From NCBI GenBank assembly GCA_963664185.2, contig CAXXOQ010000143.1, positions 3,821-67,820 of the forward strand: a stretch of DNA of 64,000 nucleotides, read 5' to 3'. A program made the translations under genes and the position numbers. Origin of the DNA: Caldilineaceae bacterium. GTDB lineage: Bacteria > Chloroflexota > Anaerolineae > Caldilineales > Caldilineaceae. Below are positions 41,614-50,386 of the stretch, piece by piece (position 1 is the first letter of the stretch; every line of letters begins with the position of its first letter). The notes beneath the pieces are model-generated. The model ran no database searches. It was not told the DNA's origin and worked only from the letters and a program-made list of their open reading frames with translations.

Positions 41614-42468
41614 CTACGGGCCCCAAAGCTGCAGGGAATTGGTTTCAATGAGGTATATCAGGAGCAGACTGAAGACACTGAAGATGCCGTATTCCAGCCA
41701 CTGCGTGCGCCGGATTTGTTGCTGGATGTAGTTCTGACTGATATTGACCAGCAGGAAGAAAAACCAGATCAGCAGGACCCCATGGGCCAGATCAGAGAGT
41801 CCCGACAAGATCAGGATCATGCCTGCCAGACTGATGATCAGGGTGATGCCCAGGGCATACCGGAGCAGAAGGATCCGATCCGGCGTGGTATGGCGCAGCA
41901 ACTCGATCGTCACCAGGAACGAGGTACCCGTGATCATGGCGGCGGCAAGCAGCGGACGCGCTTGCACATGGTGCACCAGCAAGAAGAGCAGGAAGGCCGT
42001 GATGTAAGCCATGCCGTGCAAAAGGAAAATGAACTGCCCGGCATGCGGATGCGAGGGCTCCTGCGATTCATAGAGCAGAAACTGGATGAAGGTGTAAGCC
42101 CCAATCGCGACCAACATGGCAAAGACCGATACGGTCGGCAGGACAGAAAGAGGCTGTGCCACGACGACCACCAGGGCCAGGGCCGCGGGCAGGCAATACA
42201 CGGGCCAATAGCGGGTCACGCGCCAATACAGGGCCAGATGCCCCAGGCGTGGATGGATCTGGATTATGCTGTCCGTCACCACCAGCGATGTAATCAGAGC
42301 CAGCATGCCTTCCATCATATTGGGGGTAAGCCTGAGCGTTACCTGTGCCCCCGCGAGCAGAGGGGATGTCCATGTGATTTCGGGCAGGCGCCATACCAGG
42401 GTCAGGGTCATGACCAAGGCCATGACCCATCCTGCGATGCTGATGCGTTGGCGAAAATCCGTCAACAT
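41614..42468 (-). CDS. Hypothetical polytopic membrane protein (about 8 TM)
   Basis: 284 aa hydrophobic ORF, divergent from the O-antigen-ligase-like gene. No family recognised. Confidence 0.5.
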   Translation of the reverse strand: MLTDFRQRISIAGWVMALVMTLTLVWRLPEITWTSPLLAGAQVTLRLTPNMMEGMLALITSLVVTDSIIQIHPRLGHLALYWRVTRYWPVYCLPAALALVVVVAQPLSVLPTVSVFAMLVAIGAYTFIQFLLYESQEPSHPHAGQFIFLLHGMAYITAFLLFLLVHHVQARPLLAAAMITGTSFLVTIELLRHTTPDRILLLRYALGITLIISLAGMILILSGLSDLAHGVLLIWFFFLLVNISQNYIQQQIRRTQWLEYGIFSVFSLLLIYLIETNSLQLWGP

Positions 42469-42510
42469 TCACGTACGTCCCCGGACAGCATCTGCTGAAC
42501 TGTCAGCCAT

Positions 42511-45129
42511 GTGGTTCCCGTGTTGCTGAAATCATACCGCGCTACGGTGCCAGGATGGCGCGTGGCGTGGGCACTGCTCCTTCTCTGGGTCCTGCTGTGG
42601 ATTCTACCGGATTTGGTGACAGCCTTCATCCAATCCCATACGGCGAAACCCATTTCGGTACAGTCTGTCTTGCCGGATCAGGCGGAAGCAGGACTTGCCC
42701 TGGATTGTGTCTGGATTCGTTCCCTTTCCGATCTGGAACAGTGTGTCGCGCCCGCGGCAAGCCAGACAAGGCCAGGGGACCAGCAGATCACGTTTGTGCC
42801 TGTATTGTGGCAGGAGACGGAAATTCAGCCCGGGCAGTGGGACTGGACATGGACCGATACTGCAGTCTCCCATCTGCAACACCTGGGCCTGACTCCCGTA
42901 CTGGTATTGCACGGTGTCCCGGGCTGGTTGCGGCAACAGGGAACCAACTGGGACCGGGATGATCCTGACGTGGCATCTTCCTATCCCCATGCCTTTGCCC
43001 GCTTCGCGGCCAGAACCGCCCAAAGGTACCAGTCGCAGGTGCGATTCTTTCAGCTGGATGTCGCCGCCAATGTAGCTATGGGCAACTTTCCCTTCGCGGT
43101 CAGTCCGGTGCGTTACGGCCAGATGGTAGCGCTGGCCGCGCGCCAAATGGAACGAAATGCGCCGGATCCGGTTCTTCTTTCTGCCCCCCTGCTGCCTGTC
43201 GATACGACCACGCTGGCCGCAATCCCACCGGAACAATGGTTGGCCCGTTTCCAGGAGTCCCAGGGCAAGGGACATCTGGATATTGTACAGTGGCGGCCCC
43301 GTGCGCTATCTGTGACACCGGATGGACAGAATCAGTCCAAGGCCCACACGCTGCTAACGCACAATCCATTCCCTCCCCTGTATCCTGCGGATGCTCCGTG
43401 GGAGCACTGGTGGTTCACGGAGCCGTTGTCCCCGCTTGCCCCTGCCCGTGAAGGGCCCGACACCGGATTCCGTGCTGTGATCGCGGGAACGGATCCTCCC
43501 GGCCGCTGGATCAGGGTTGTTCCCGTAGCCATGACGGGCGCCGCCCCAGAGCCCACAGGTGTCTTACTGTTCCCGGAGGAGCCGCTTCCCGTACCATGGC
43601 GGCACGGGACAGGATGGGCCCTTTGGATGTTGGTGGCCGTAGCAATCTGGATCCAGGCGATGGCCGCTTTCCGGCAGCTGGAACATGCCATGCAGCGGCG
43701 TGCGCCAACATTGCCTCCAAGGCATGCCGATTTCCTTGTCATTGGGGTTGCCCTTTGCGCCCTTGGGGTTGTCATCATGGCGTCCGGGTGGGGTCTGGCC
43801 TGTCTGGGGCTCATCCTGTTGCTGGGACTGGCCTTCCTCAGGCCCTTTCTCATTTGGCTCATCCTCTTGGCCGCGCTTCCCTTTGACTATATCCATGCCA
43901 ATATCATGACACCGTTGCGGCTACAGGCCTTTGCCCTGTCTCCGGCCCAGATCCTTGCCCTGGCACTCTTCCCGGTGTTGTGTACATCCGCCGTGAGGCA
44001 GCTGCGCTCCTGGTCTCTTCCATCCAACCAGACCGTATCCTGGACTGTGGTCGGTACAGGTGTTGCCTGGTTGCTGCTGCTGGGGCTCTGTCACAGCCAC
44101 AGACCTGCCGCTACGCGATGGCCCCAGATATGGGAACTGGAGGTTTTTCCCCTGTACATCGCGGGTCTTTCCTGGTGGTTATGGTCCCGTGCACGCGCCG
44201 TCTGGCTGCCCCTTACCGCTCTGGCGGCAGGCATCGCCCTGTTTGCCACCATTTCCCTGCTGGCCTGGATCATCAGTCCCTGGATCCCCGGGCCCCTGGA
44301 ACAGCGCCTGAGTGGTTTGACCTTCTCGCCCAATCATGCCGCGATGATTCTGCTGCGGGGATTCTGGCTGGCCCTGGGTCTGGCATCCCTCCCTTTCTCC
44401 CTGCGCCATTGGGGAAGATTGCATCTGGCCCTCGCGGTCATCTCCGGCTGGGCTCTGCTGCTTACCTTCAGCCGGGGCGCGCTGGCCCTGGGGATGCCTG
44501 TCAGTCTGCTGGTGTGGCTCTGGTGGCGGTACCGTGCCCACGAACATTCCCACCTCCTGCGCCACAGCTCCCTCGCCACAGGTATCATCATTGGCGTATC
44601 CGGCATGCTGCTGGGACTGGCCCACATGCGGTTCAATCTGTGGGAACGGCTATTGGATCTGGCCCCCATGGCCGCGCGGTGGGCCATTTGGCAGCATACA
44701 TGGGATCTCTGGCTGAAGCATCCCTGGTTTGGGCAAGGCAGTGATGGGTTCTACTGGGGTGCCACAGCAAACTTTCCCGTTTCCCCCTGGCTCAATCCCG
44801 AAATCCTGCATCCCCACAATGTTTGGCTGGAAATCCTCGTCCGATCCGGTGTGGCGGGCCTGGCAGGTATGCTGCTGCTTTGCGTATTGCTCTTCCGGGC
44901 CTTGCGCATGCCATCCCGGGATCCCCGGCACTTCTGGCTCATGGGTGCCGCGGGCATGGCATGGGCCGGTGGCCTGGCGCATGGCCAGGTTGACGCATTC
45001 TGGTCTCTGCCTGACATTGCGGCCATGAATCTTCTTTTGGTCCTGGCCATTCTGCAATGGGGACAGCAAAAAATCGGGCCGGGAACCTACGCTCCCGGCC
45101 CGATGCCATCTCTGCGGACAGAGACGTGA
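42511..45129 (+). CDS. Large membrane protein with an O-antigen ligase (Wzy_C/RfaL-like) domain and an N-terminal extracytoplasmic domain
   Basis: 872 aa ORF with a GTG start. Multiple TM helices, with the LLLTFSRGALALG motif typical of Wzy_C. The N-terminal 330 aa are soluble-like after one TM helix. Confidence 0.65.
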   Translation: MVPVLLKSYRATVPGWRVAWALLLLWVLLWILPDLVTAFIQSHTAKPISVQSVLPDQAEAGLALDCVWIRSLSDLEQCVAPAASQTRPGDQQITFVPVLWQETEIQPGQWDWTWTDTAVSHLQHLGLTPVLVLHGVPGWLRQQGTNWDRDDPDVASSYPHAFARFAARTAQRYQSQVRFFQLDVAANVAMGNFPFAVSPVRYGQMVALAARQMERNAPDPVLLSAPLLPVDTTTLAAIPPEQWLARFQESQGKGHLDIVQWRPRALSVTPDGQNQSKAHTLLTHNPFPPLYPADAPWEHWWFTEPLSPLAPAREGPDTGFRAVIAGTDPPGRWIRVVPVAMTGAAPEPTGVLLFPEEPLPVPWRHGTGWALWMLVAVAIWIQAMAAFRQLEHAMQRRAPTLPPRHADFLVIGVALCALGVVIMASGWGLACLGLILLLGLAFLRPFLIWLILLAALPFDYIHANIMTPLRLQAFALSPAQILALALFPVLCTSAVRQLRSWSLPSNQTVSWTVVGTGVAWLLLLGLCHSHRPAATRWPQIWELEVFPLYIAGLSWWLWSRARAVWLPLTALAAGIALFATISLLAWIISPWIPGPLEQRLSGLTFSPNHAAMILLRGFWLALGLASLPFSLRHWGRLHLALAVISGWALLLTFSRGALALGMPVSLLVWLWWRYRAHEHSHLLRHSSLATGIIIGVSGMLLGLAHMRFNLWERLLDLAPMAARWAIWQHTWDLWLKHPWFGQGSDGFYWGATANFPVSPWLNPEILHPHNVWLEILVRSGVAGLAGMLLLCVLLFRALRMPSRDPRHFWLMGAAGMAWAGGLAHGQVDAFWSLPDIAAMNLLLVLAILQWGQQKIGPGTYAPGPMPSLRTET

Positions 45130-45144
45130 CGTTTTTTCACGCGC

Positions 45145-46782
45145 TTACCCCATGCGCAACACGATCTCGGTATCCGCACCTACGACCTGGGGCATAAGGG
45201 TATTCTTGATGAACTCCACCAAAGCGGGATTGTCCATCAAGTCACCGCCCAGCAAAGCCGGCAACAGATCCAGCATGGCATTCATGGTAGCTACATCGTA
45301 TTCAAGCGAGAGGGCCGGATCGCCGTCCAGCTGGATATTCAGCTGATTGGGACTGGTCTGGATGGTGAGTTCCCCCACGCCCGCAAGCAAATCGAGCACA
45401 TCCGCGGGCAGGGCAATATCGTCCATACCCAGAGCAGCTACATCTATGCCCCCGACCGACGCGACACGGTTGCCTTCCAGCTGCACGGCCAGCCGCAACA
45501 TCGGCGGCGGACCGTCCAGGGCAGGCGGCGCGGCAAAGGCAATGTTCGCCAGGGGGTCCACCGAGACATCACTGCCGGGCAATTGCAAGTCAATCGGCAA
45601 GGGACCGGCCGTCGTCATGGTTTCCAGAAGTGTCAATACCCCAGGCACCATGCCCGAGCCTCCCGTCAAGCCATCCACCAGGGCCACGCCCGAATCATGC
45701 AAGGTGATCGCAGGCAACAACTGATTGTTGATGGCCATGGCAATGTTGCCACTGCCTACATGCAGGTTCAAACGGGTCACATTGGCTTTCTGCAGCAGAT
45801 CCGTGACATCGGCCGGCAACAGGTCCGCCCCCAGCGGCAGGCCAAAGGCAGACGCCACCCCGGCATCATCCACACTGATGACCAGCGGTGGCAGGGAAGT
45901 GCTGCCCACGGGCGTGCCGGTGAAGGAAACCTGCAGGGTAAGATCCAGTTCGGGCAACCGGGGCAGGAACGTATTCACCAGCTCCAGTGTGTCCGGGTCC
46001 TCCGCCAGCAATGCCTGGGCCAGTACCAGTCCCGCCGCGAGGCTGTCTTCATCGTAGGCCAAACCCGGCAGCGGCTGGTCGTTCAGGGCCAGGTCAAGGG
46101 TGTTGGGAGTTATGTCAATGCGCAGGGTTTCCGCCCCCAGACTGGCCAGCTGCTGCAATGTGCCTGCATCCACCAAGGGTGGCAGGCCCAGCACATCCAG
46201 ACCTACCCCATTGACCGAAAGGGCGCCTGCGCTGTCGATGGCTATGCCCGACAAGTCCAGTACGGCCAGGGGTTCCAGGCCCTGCGACGGCGTGTAGCTG
46301 GTTTCACCCGACCACCTGTCGGCCGACCCGCCGTCGGCCAGCTGGATGCGGACCCCAATCCCCACCTTGCGCAGCCAGGCGAAAGCCTGTTCCAGATCGA
46401 CAGGCACATGCACGCCCATCTGGGCTATGACCCCGGCCAGGGCCGCGGCCGAATCCTCATCCCAATAGATGTAGGGCAATTCGTCGCCGTTGTTGTAGAT
46501 GTGGATACCGTTGTACCCGATCCGGACCTCCAGTTCCCGCGTACCTGCTGCGGCCAACTGGTCCATGGTACTCTTGATGCCAGTGGCACTCAGGGAACTT
46601 ACAGGCAACCCCAGAGCTTGCAGGGTATCACCGTCGTCTGCCACCTTCAGGGTGACCGAAGGCAGGTTGAACCAGGTGGAACCCGTACTGCCACCTCCTG
46701 TACACGAACCCAGCAACAAGGCGGCCAGGGACAACAAGAGAATGAACTTGACGCGAAAAAGGTTTCGAGCACGCACCTGCAT
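45145..46782 (-). CDS. Lipoprotein with four internal repeats of roughly 100 aa; function unknown
   Basis: AGGAG RBS plus ATG at 46782 and a lipobox (LLLGSCTGGG). A repeated module recurs: LEVRIGYNGIHIYNNGDELPYIYWDEDS / LRIDITPNTLDLALNDQPLPGLAYDEDS / LNLHVGSGNIAMAINNQLLPAITLHDS / LTIQTSPNQLNIQLDGDPALSLEYDVAT. Confidence 0.6.
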   Translation of the reverse strand: MQVRARNLFRVKFILLLSLAALLLGSCTGGGSTGSTWFNLPSVTLKVADDGDTLQALGLPVSSLSATGIKSTMDQLAAAGTRELEVRIGYNGIHIYNNGDELPYIYWDEDSAAALAGVIAQMGVHVPVDLEQAFAWLRKVGIGVRIQLADGGSADRWSGETSYTPSQGLEPLAVLDLSGIAIDSAGALSVNGVGLDVLGLPPLVDAGTLQQLASLGAETLRIDITPNTLDLALNDQPLPGLAYDEDSLAAGLVLAQALLAEDPDTLELVNTFLPRLPELDLTLQVSFTGTPVGSTSLPPLVISVDDAGVASAFGLPLGADLLPADVTDLLQKANVTRLNLHVGSGNIAMAINNQLLPAITLHDSGVALVDGLTGGSGMVPGVLTLLETMTTAGPLPIDLQLPGSDVSVDPLANIAFAAPPALDGPPPMLRLAVQLEGNRVASVGGIDVAALGMDDIALPADVLDLLAGVGELTIQTSPNQLNIQLDGDPALSLEYDVATMNAMLDLLPALLGGDLMDNPALVEFIKNTLMPQVVGADTEIVLRMG

Positions 46783-46840
46783 GATCTCCTTGTATTGCTG
46801 TTGAACCCGGACCTGTGAAGCGCACTGCCGATTTGCATGC

Positions 46841-46864
46841 GATCCCGAACTGCGGTTCGGGATC
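46841..46864. repeat. Perfect 10-bp inverted repeat with a 4-nt spacer (GATCCCGAAC TGCG GTTCGGGATC)
   Basis: Read directly from the sequence. It lies 59 nt upstream of the lipoprotein start codon (46782), in the leader or operator position. Confidence 0.6.
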
Positions 46865-47209
46865 CCTAAATCCGGCAATAGGCAAGCCACTTCGCCGGGT
46901 GACCTTGCTATTAGCCTAAGAGTATACCAGAGCACTGGACCATTTCTCGTATCCCGATTTGTCTGAATTCTGCAGGGTCAGGAGTCCAGACAGTCTTGAA
47001 ACGCTACAAGGCAATGAGACCCTATGGGGCGAGGCGCAGGAACCCCGAATGACAGCACGCCATAACGGCCTGCGACGACCGTAGGAACAGTCCTGCCATC
47101 CCGCAAGACAATGGCCGCGGCCCTGCAACACCATCTCCCTCAGCCCGCAGCGGAATGAGGGAAACGGCGAGGCAGACCCGTGTTCAGCAGAATTTGCATG
47201 GAAAATTCC

Positions 47210-48443
47210 TCAAGCAGAAAACGACGCCGTGCATAACGATTCTTCTTCCAACAAGAGGCCCTGCTTCCACAATTCACCAGGCCTGTCTCCCTCTCCTATC
47301 AGGTTGTGCAACAGGGCATAATCATGTGCCCGCTTCACGGTGCTGAAGCCCGCTTGCTTCACCAGCCCCACAATTTCGTGCAGCTCCATGCAATTCAGCA
47401 ATTCAGGCGAGTGGGTGGCAATGAACACCTGGCCTCCACGTCGGGCATAAGCGCGAAATTCGGCAGTCAGTTCTGGCAATAACCTGGGATAGAGCTGATT
47501 CTCAGGTTGTTCCACTGCCAGAACGGAATTGAGGATGATAGAGCAACACCAGATAAGCAAACATTTTTGTGGTGCCATCAGAAACATGGCGTGAGAGGAA
47601 GGGATCCCTGAAGTTGCCATCCTGGAAACGCAGTGCCAGGCGTCCGTCCTCAGTCGACAGGGCATCCACATGACTCACACCAGGTATCCGCTGGCGCATG
47701 GCGGCCAACACCTGATCAAAGCTTGCGGGGTGATGGGCAAAGAGCGATTGGGCCACTTGGGCAAGGTTATCCCCTCGTAGGGAAAGGTATGCGGCACTGG
47801 ACCGAGCGTCGGCAACACGAAAATCCGAGACGTACCAACTCTCAATGAGGCGGCGCAATGCGGCAACGACACGAAACTCGCGAAACTGGCCCAGGCCTTT
47901 GATCGCAAGTAGGCTGGGATCGTCCAAGGTATACCTGTCCCATTGCACAACTGCCTCCTCAGCCCCATAAGCCGACTCGTTGGCAATTGCTTGACCCACC
48001 CCCTTGCGAAAGTCCAGAAAACGCCAGGGCTGTCCCCTCTGCCCTCTTTGATACTGGAGATATTCGTGATCTACCAACGCGTTGCCGTGTGGGGATGAGA
48101 TTGCAAGGTGGTATGTAACCAACCTGCCACTTCCTGCATGAAACTTGACGGTAATTTGCATGGGTCCTTGTGTCCCACGGCTAACCAGTTCCGAGAATCC
48201 TCCCCGCTTTGTGACTGCAGCAGCCACATTCTGATGGAGGGCATCCTTGAGGAAGGCAAGTACGTCGAAGAAGGTGGTCTTTCCCGATCCATTCGCACCG
48301 ATGATGACCACCATAGGCGGAAGGTTTCGCAATGAGATATGGCGGAAGAGCCGATAATTTCTTATCTCGATGCTCTCTATGCGTTTAGCCTGCACGGGCC
48401 GATTCTGATCGGATTCGGTAATCCGCCAATGGGCTTTGTTCAT
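47210..48443 (-). pseudogene. ABC-fold AAA_21/AAA_15-type ATPase, split by one frameshift near 47530-47545
   Basis: The N-terminal part has IESIEIRNYRLF and Walker A IGANGSGKTT, then SDGTTKMFAYLVLLYHPQ. The frame then shifts to NSVLAVEQPENQLYP (Walker B), ATHSPELL and a GELWKQGLL tail. The start was assigned to the ATG at 48443. Confidence 0.7.
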
Positions 48444-48709
48444 GATTGGGGGCAAGTACGGGTGGCTTTGGCAAAAACCCTTGAAAGTCCAGAATTGCAG
48501 GTTCACTGTATGCATCTGGATACCCAAAACAGGCACCAGAGGAATTGCAGTCCCCCTTTGCCGGGCAATTGCGGTAGTTTCCCCATGATGAAGTGCCTGT
48601 TGACAGGTCCGGGGGAGTAGACCAACAGGTCCAGTGTACTGCATCTGTCCGGCAGGGCCTTCCCTCTCCCGGGGTTAAGAGAGGACAATGCACCGGTATA
48701 ATCGGGCCT

Positions 48710-50365
48710 TCAACACCTCCCCGTGGGCAATTGGTACACGAAATCGTCTTCAGGCACAGCCAGACCCAGCCGCTTGCGCAGGGCATGGGTCATCGCCCTT
48801 TGATCGCTCCAGGCGTATTCCGTTTCGCCAAAACACATGCTGCGTTCATGGCCCTTGCCAAAGGCCGCCACGATATCCCCGGATGCTGCCAGACTGACGG
48901 CCCGTTCCAGGGCCAGGGCTCGATCCGGCACGATTTCCCAGGGAGTTGTGGTATCGGCACTGCGGATTCCGTCCGCAATGGCGGCACAGATCTCGGCCAG
49001 ACATTCCGTGCGGGGATCTTCGGCCGTGACGATGACATAGTCACTCTGCTGCGCACTGACCGCGCCCATGAGCTGCCGTTTGGCCTGATCCCGCAGTCCG
49101 GCGCAACCAAAAACGGTGATCAGCCGACCTCGGGTCCGGGTGGCCGTGGGCCGGCATGCCCGCAAGGTGACCAGGGCAGATTCCAGACTTCCCGGGGAAT
49201 GGGCGAAATCCACGACCGCCAGAAAGTCCTGTCCCAGATCAATACGCTGCATGCGTCCCTCCACGCCGGCAAAGCTGTGGACACCCCGCTGGATCTGGGC
49301 CGGAGATAATCCCAGGGCATGTCCCATGGCCAAGGCCAACAGGATGTTGGAGACATTGAATTGGCCCAGCAGGCGGGACTGCAGGTGCCAGACACGCTGC
49401 TCGGGCCCCTCAACCCAAAACTGCAGGCCCTGAGGCGCAAGCTTGATCCGGGAAGCCCGGTAGGCGATGGGTCCGGCAGGGGATTTCCTCTCCTGCCCGT
49501 ACAGATACACCTGCACCGGAACCCGGCGCATCGGAGCCAACACCTCCATGCGGGCCTGCATGGCCGCCGTGGCACGCGCATCGTCTGCGTTGAGAATCAC
49601 TGTCGGCTTCCGATCCGCGTCCGGGGTATCGGTCAGCAGATCCAGAAGGCTGCACTTGGCCTGCAGGTAACGTTCGAAGGTACCGTGATAGTCCAGGTGT
49701 TCATGCGTTATGCTGGTAACTCCTGCCACATCCAGTGCGGTTTCGTCTACCCTGTGCTGGGCCAGCCCATGACTGGTGCACTCCAGCACCGCGTACCGGC
49801 ATCCTTCATCCACCATGTGCCTGAGTTGCCGCTGTACCTCCCACGCATCCGGGGTGGTGACATGAAAGCCCGATTCCTGGACGCAGCTGGGCCGCGTGAT
49901 GCCGACCGTGGAAATCGCGCCCACGGCCTGGCCCGCTTCCGCCAGCAGCCAAGTCAGCAGGGCCGTGGAGGTCGTCTTGCCATCCGTGCCCGTGATGCCA
50001 GCCGTCCGCAGTTGATACGCCGGAAAACCAAAGAAAAGAGCCGCCGCCTGGGCGTATGCAGACTGACTGTCCCGCACCTGCAAATAGGGGGTCGGGATGA
50101 CACCGGCCTGCTGGCAGCGCATCCGGAACTGGTGCGCGGATTCCGTCCCCATGACACTTTGGGCCCCTGCCGCGATGGCCGGGGTTATGAAATCATGGCC
50201 GTCCACGATCAAGCCGCGCTTGGCCACGAACAGACTGCCGGGCCGGACAGACGCGTGGTCCCAGGTTACATGGCAGATGGGAAGATCAGGCTGCCGCAGC
50301 AGGCCGGAGTCAATCCGATTGCCCCGGGCCTGCAACAAGGCATGCAGATCGTCCAGGTTGGCCAT
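48710..50365 (-). CDS. murE: UDP-N-acetylmuramoyl-L-alanyl-D-glutamate--2,6-diaminopimelate ligase (Mur ligase family)
   Basis: 551 aa ORF with GITGTDGKTT, a Mur ligase middle and C-terminal domain, and an EDPR motif at the DNPR position. Confidence 0.85.
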   Translation of the reverse strand: MANLDDLHALLQARGNRIDSGLLRQPDLPICHVTWDHASVRPGSLFVAKRGLIVDGHDFITPAIAAGAQSVMGTESAHQFRMRCQQAGVIPTPYLQVRDSQSAYAQAAALFFGFPAYQLRTAGITGTDGKTTSTALLTWLLAEAGQAVGAISTVGITRPSCVQESGFHVTTPDAWEVQRQLRHMVDEGCRYAVLECTSHGLAQHRVDETALDVAGVTSITHEHLDYHGTFERYLQAKCSLLDLLTDTPDADRKPTVILNADDARATAAMQARMEVLAPMRRVPVQVYLYGQERKSPAGPIAYRASRIKLAPQGLQFWVEGPEQRVWHLQSRLLGQFNVSNILLALAMGHALGLSPAQIQRGVHSFAGVEGRMQRIDLGQDFLAVVDFAHSPGSLESALVTLRACRPTATRTRGRLITVFGCAGLRDQAKRQLMGAVSAQQSDYVIVTAEDPRTECLAEICAAIADGIRSADTTTPWEIVPDRALALERAVSLAASGDIVAAFGKGHERSMCFGETEYAWSDQRAMTHALRKRLGLAVPEDDFVYQLPTGRC

Positions 50366-50386
50366 AAGTCTGGGTCAGCCAGCGGG

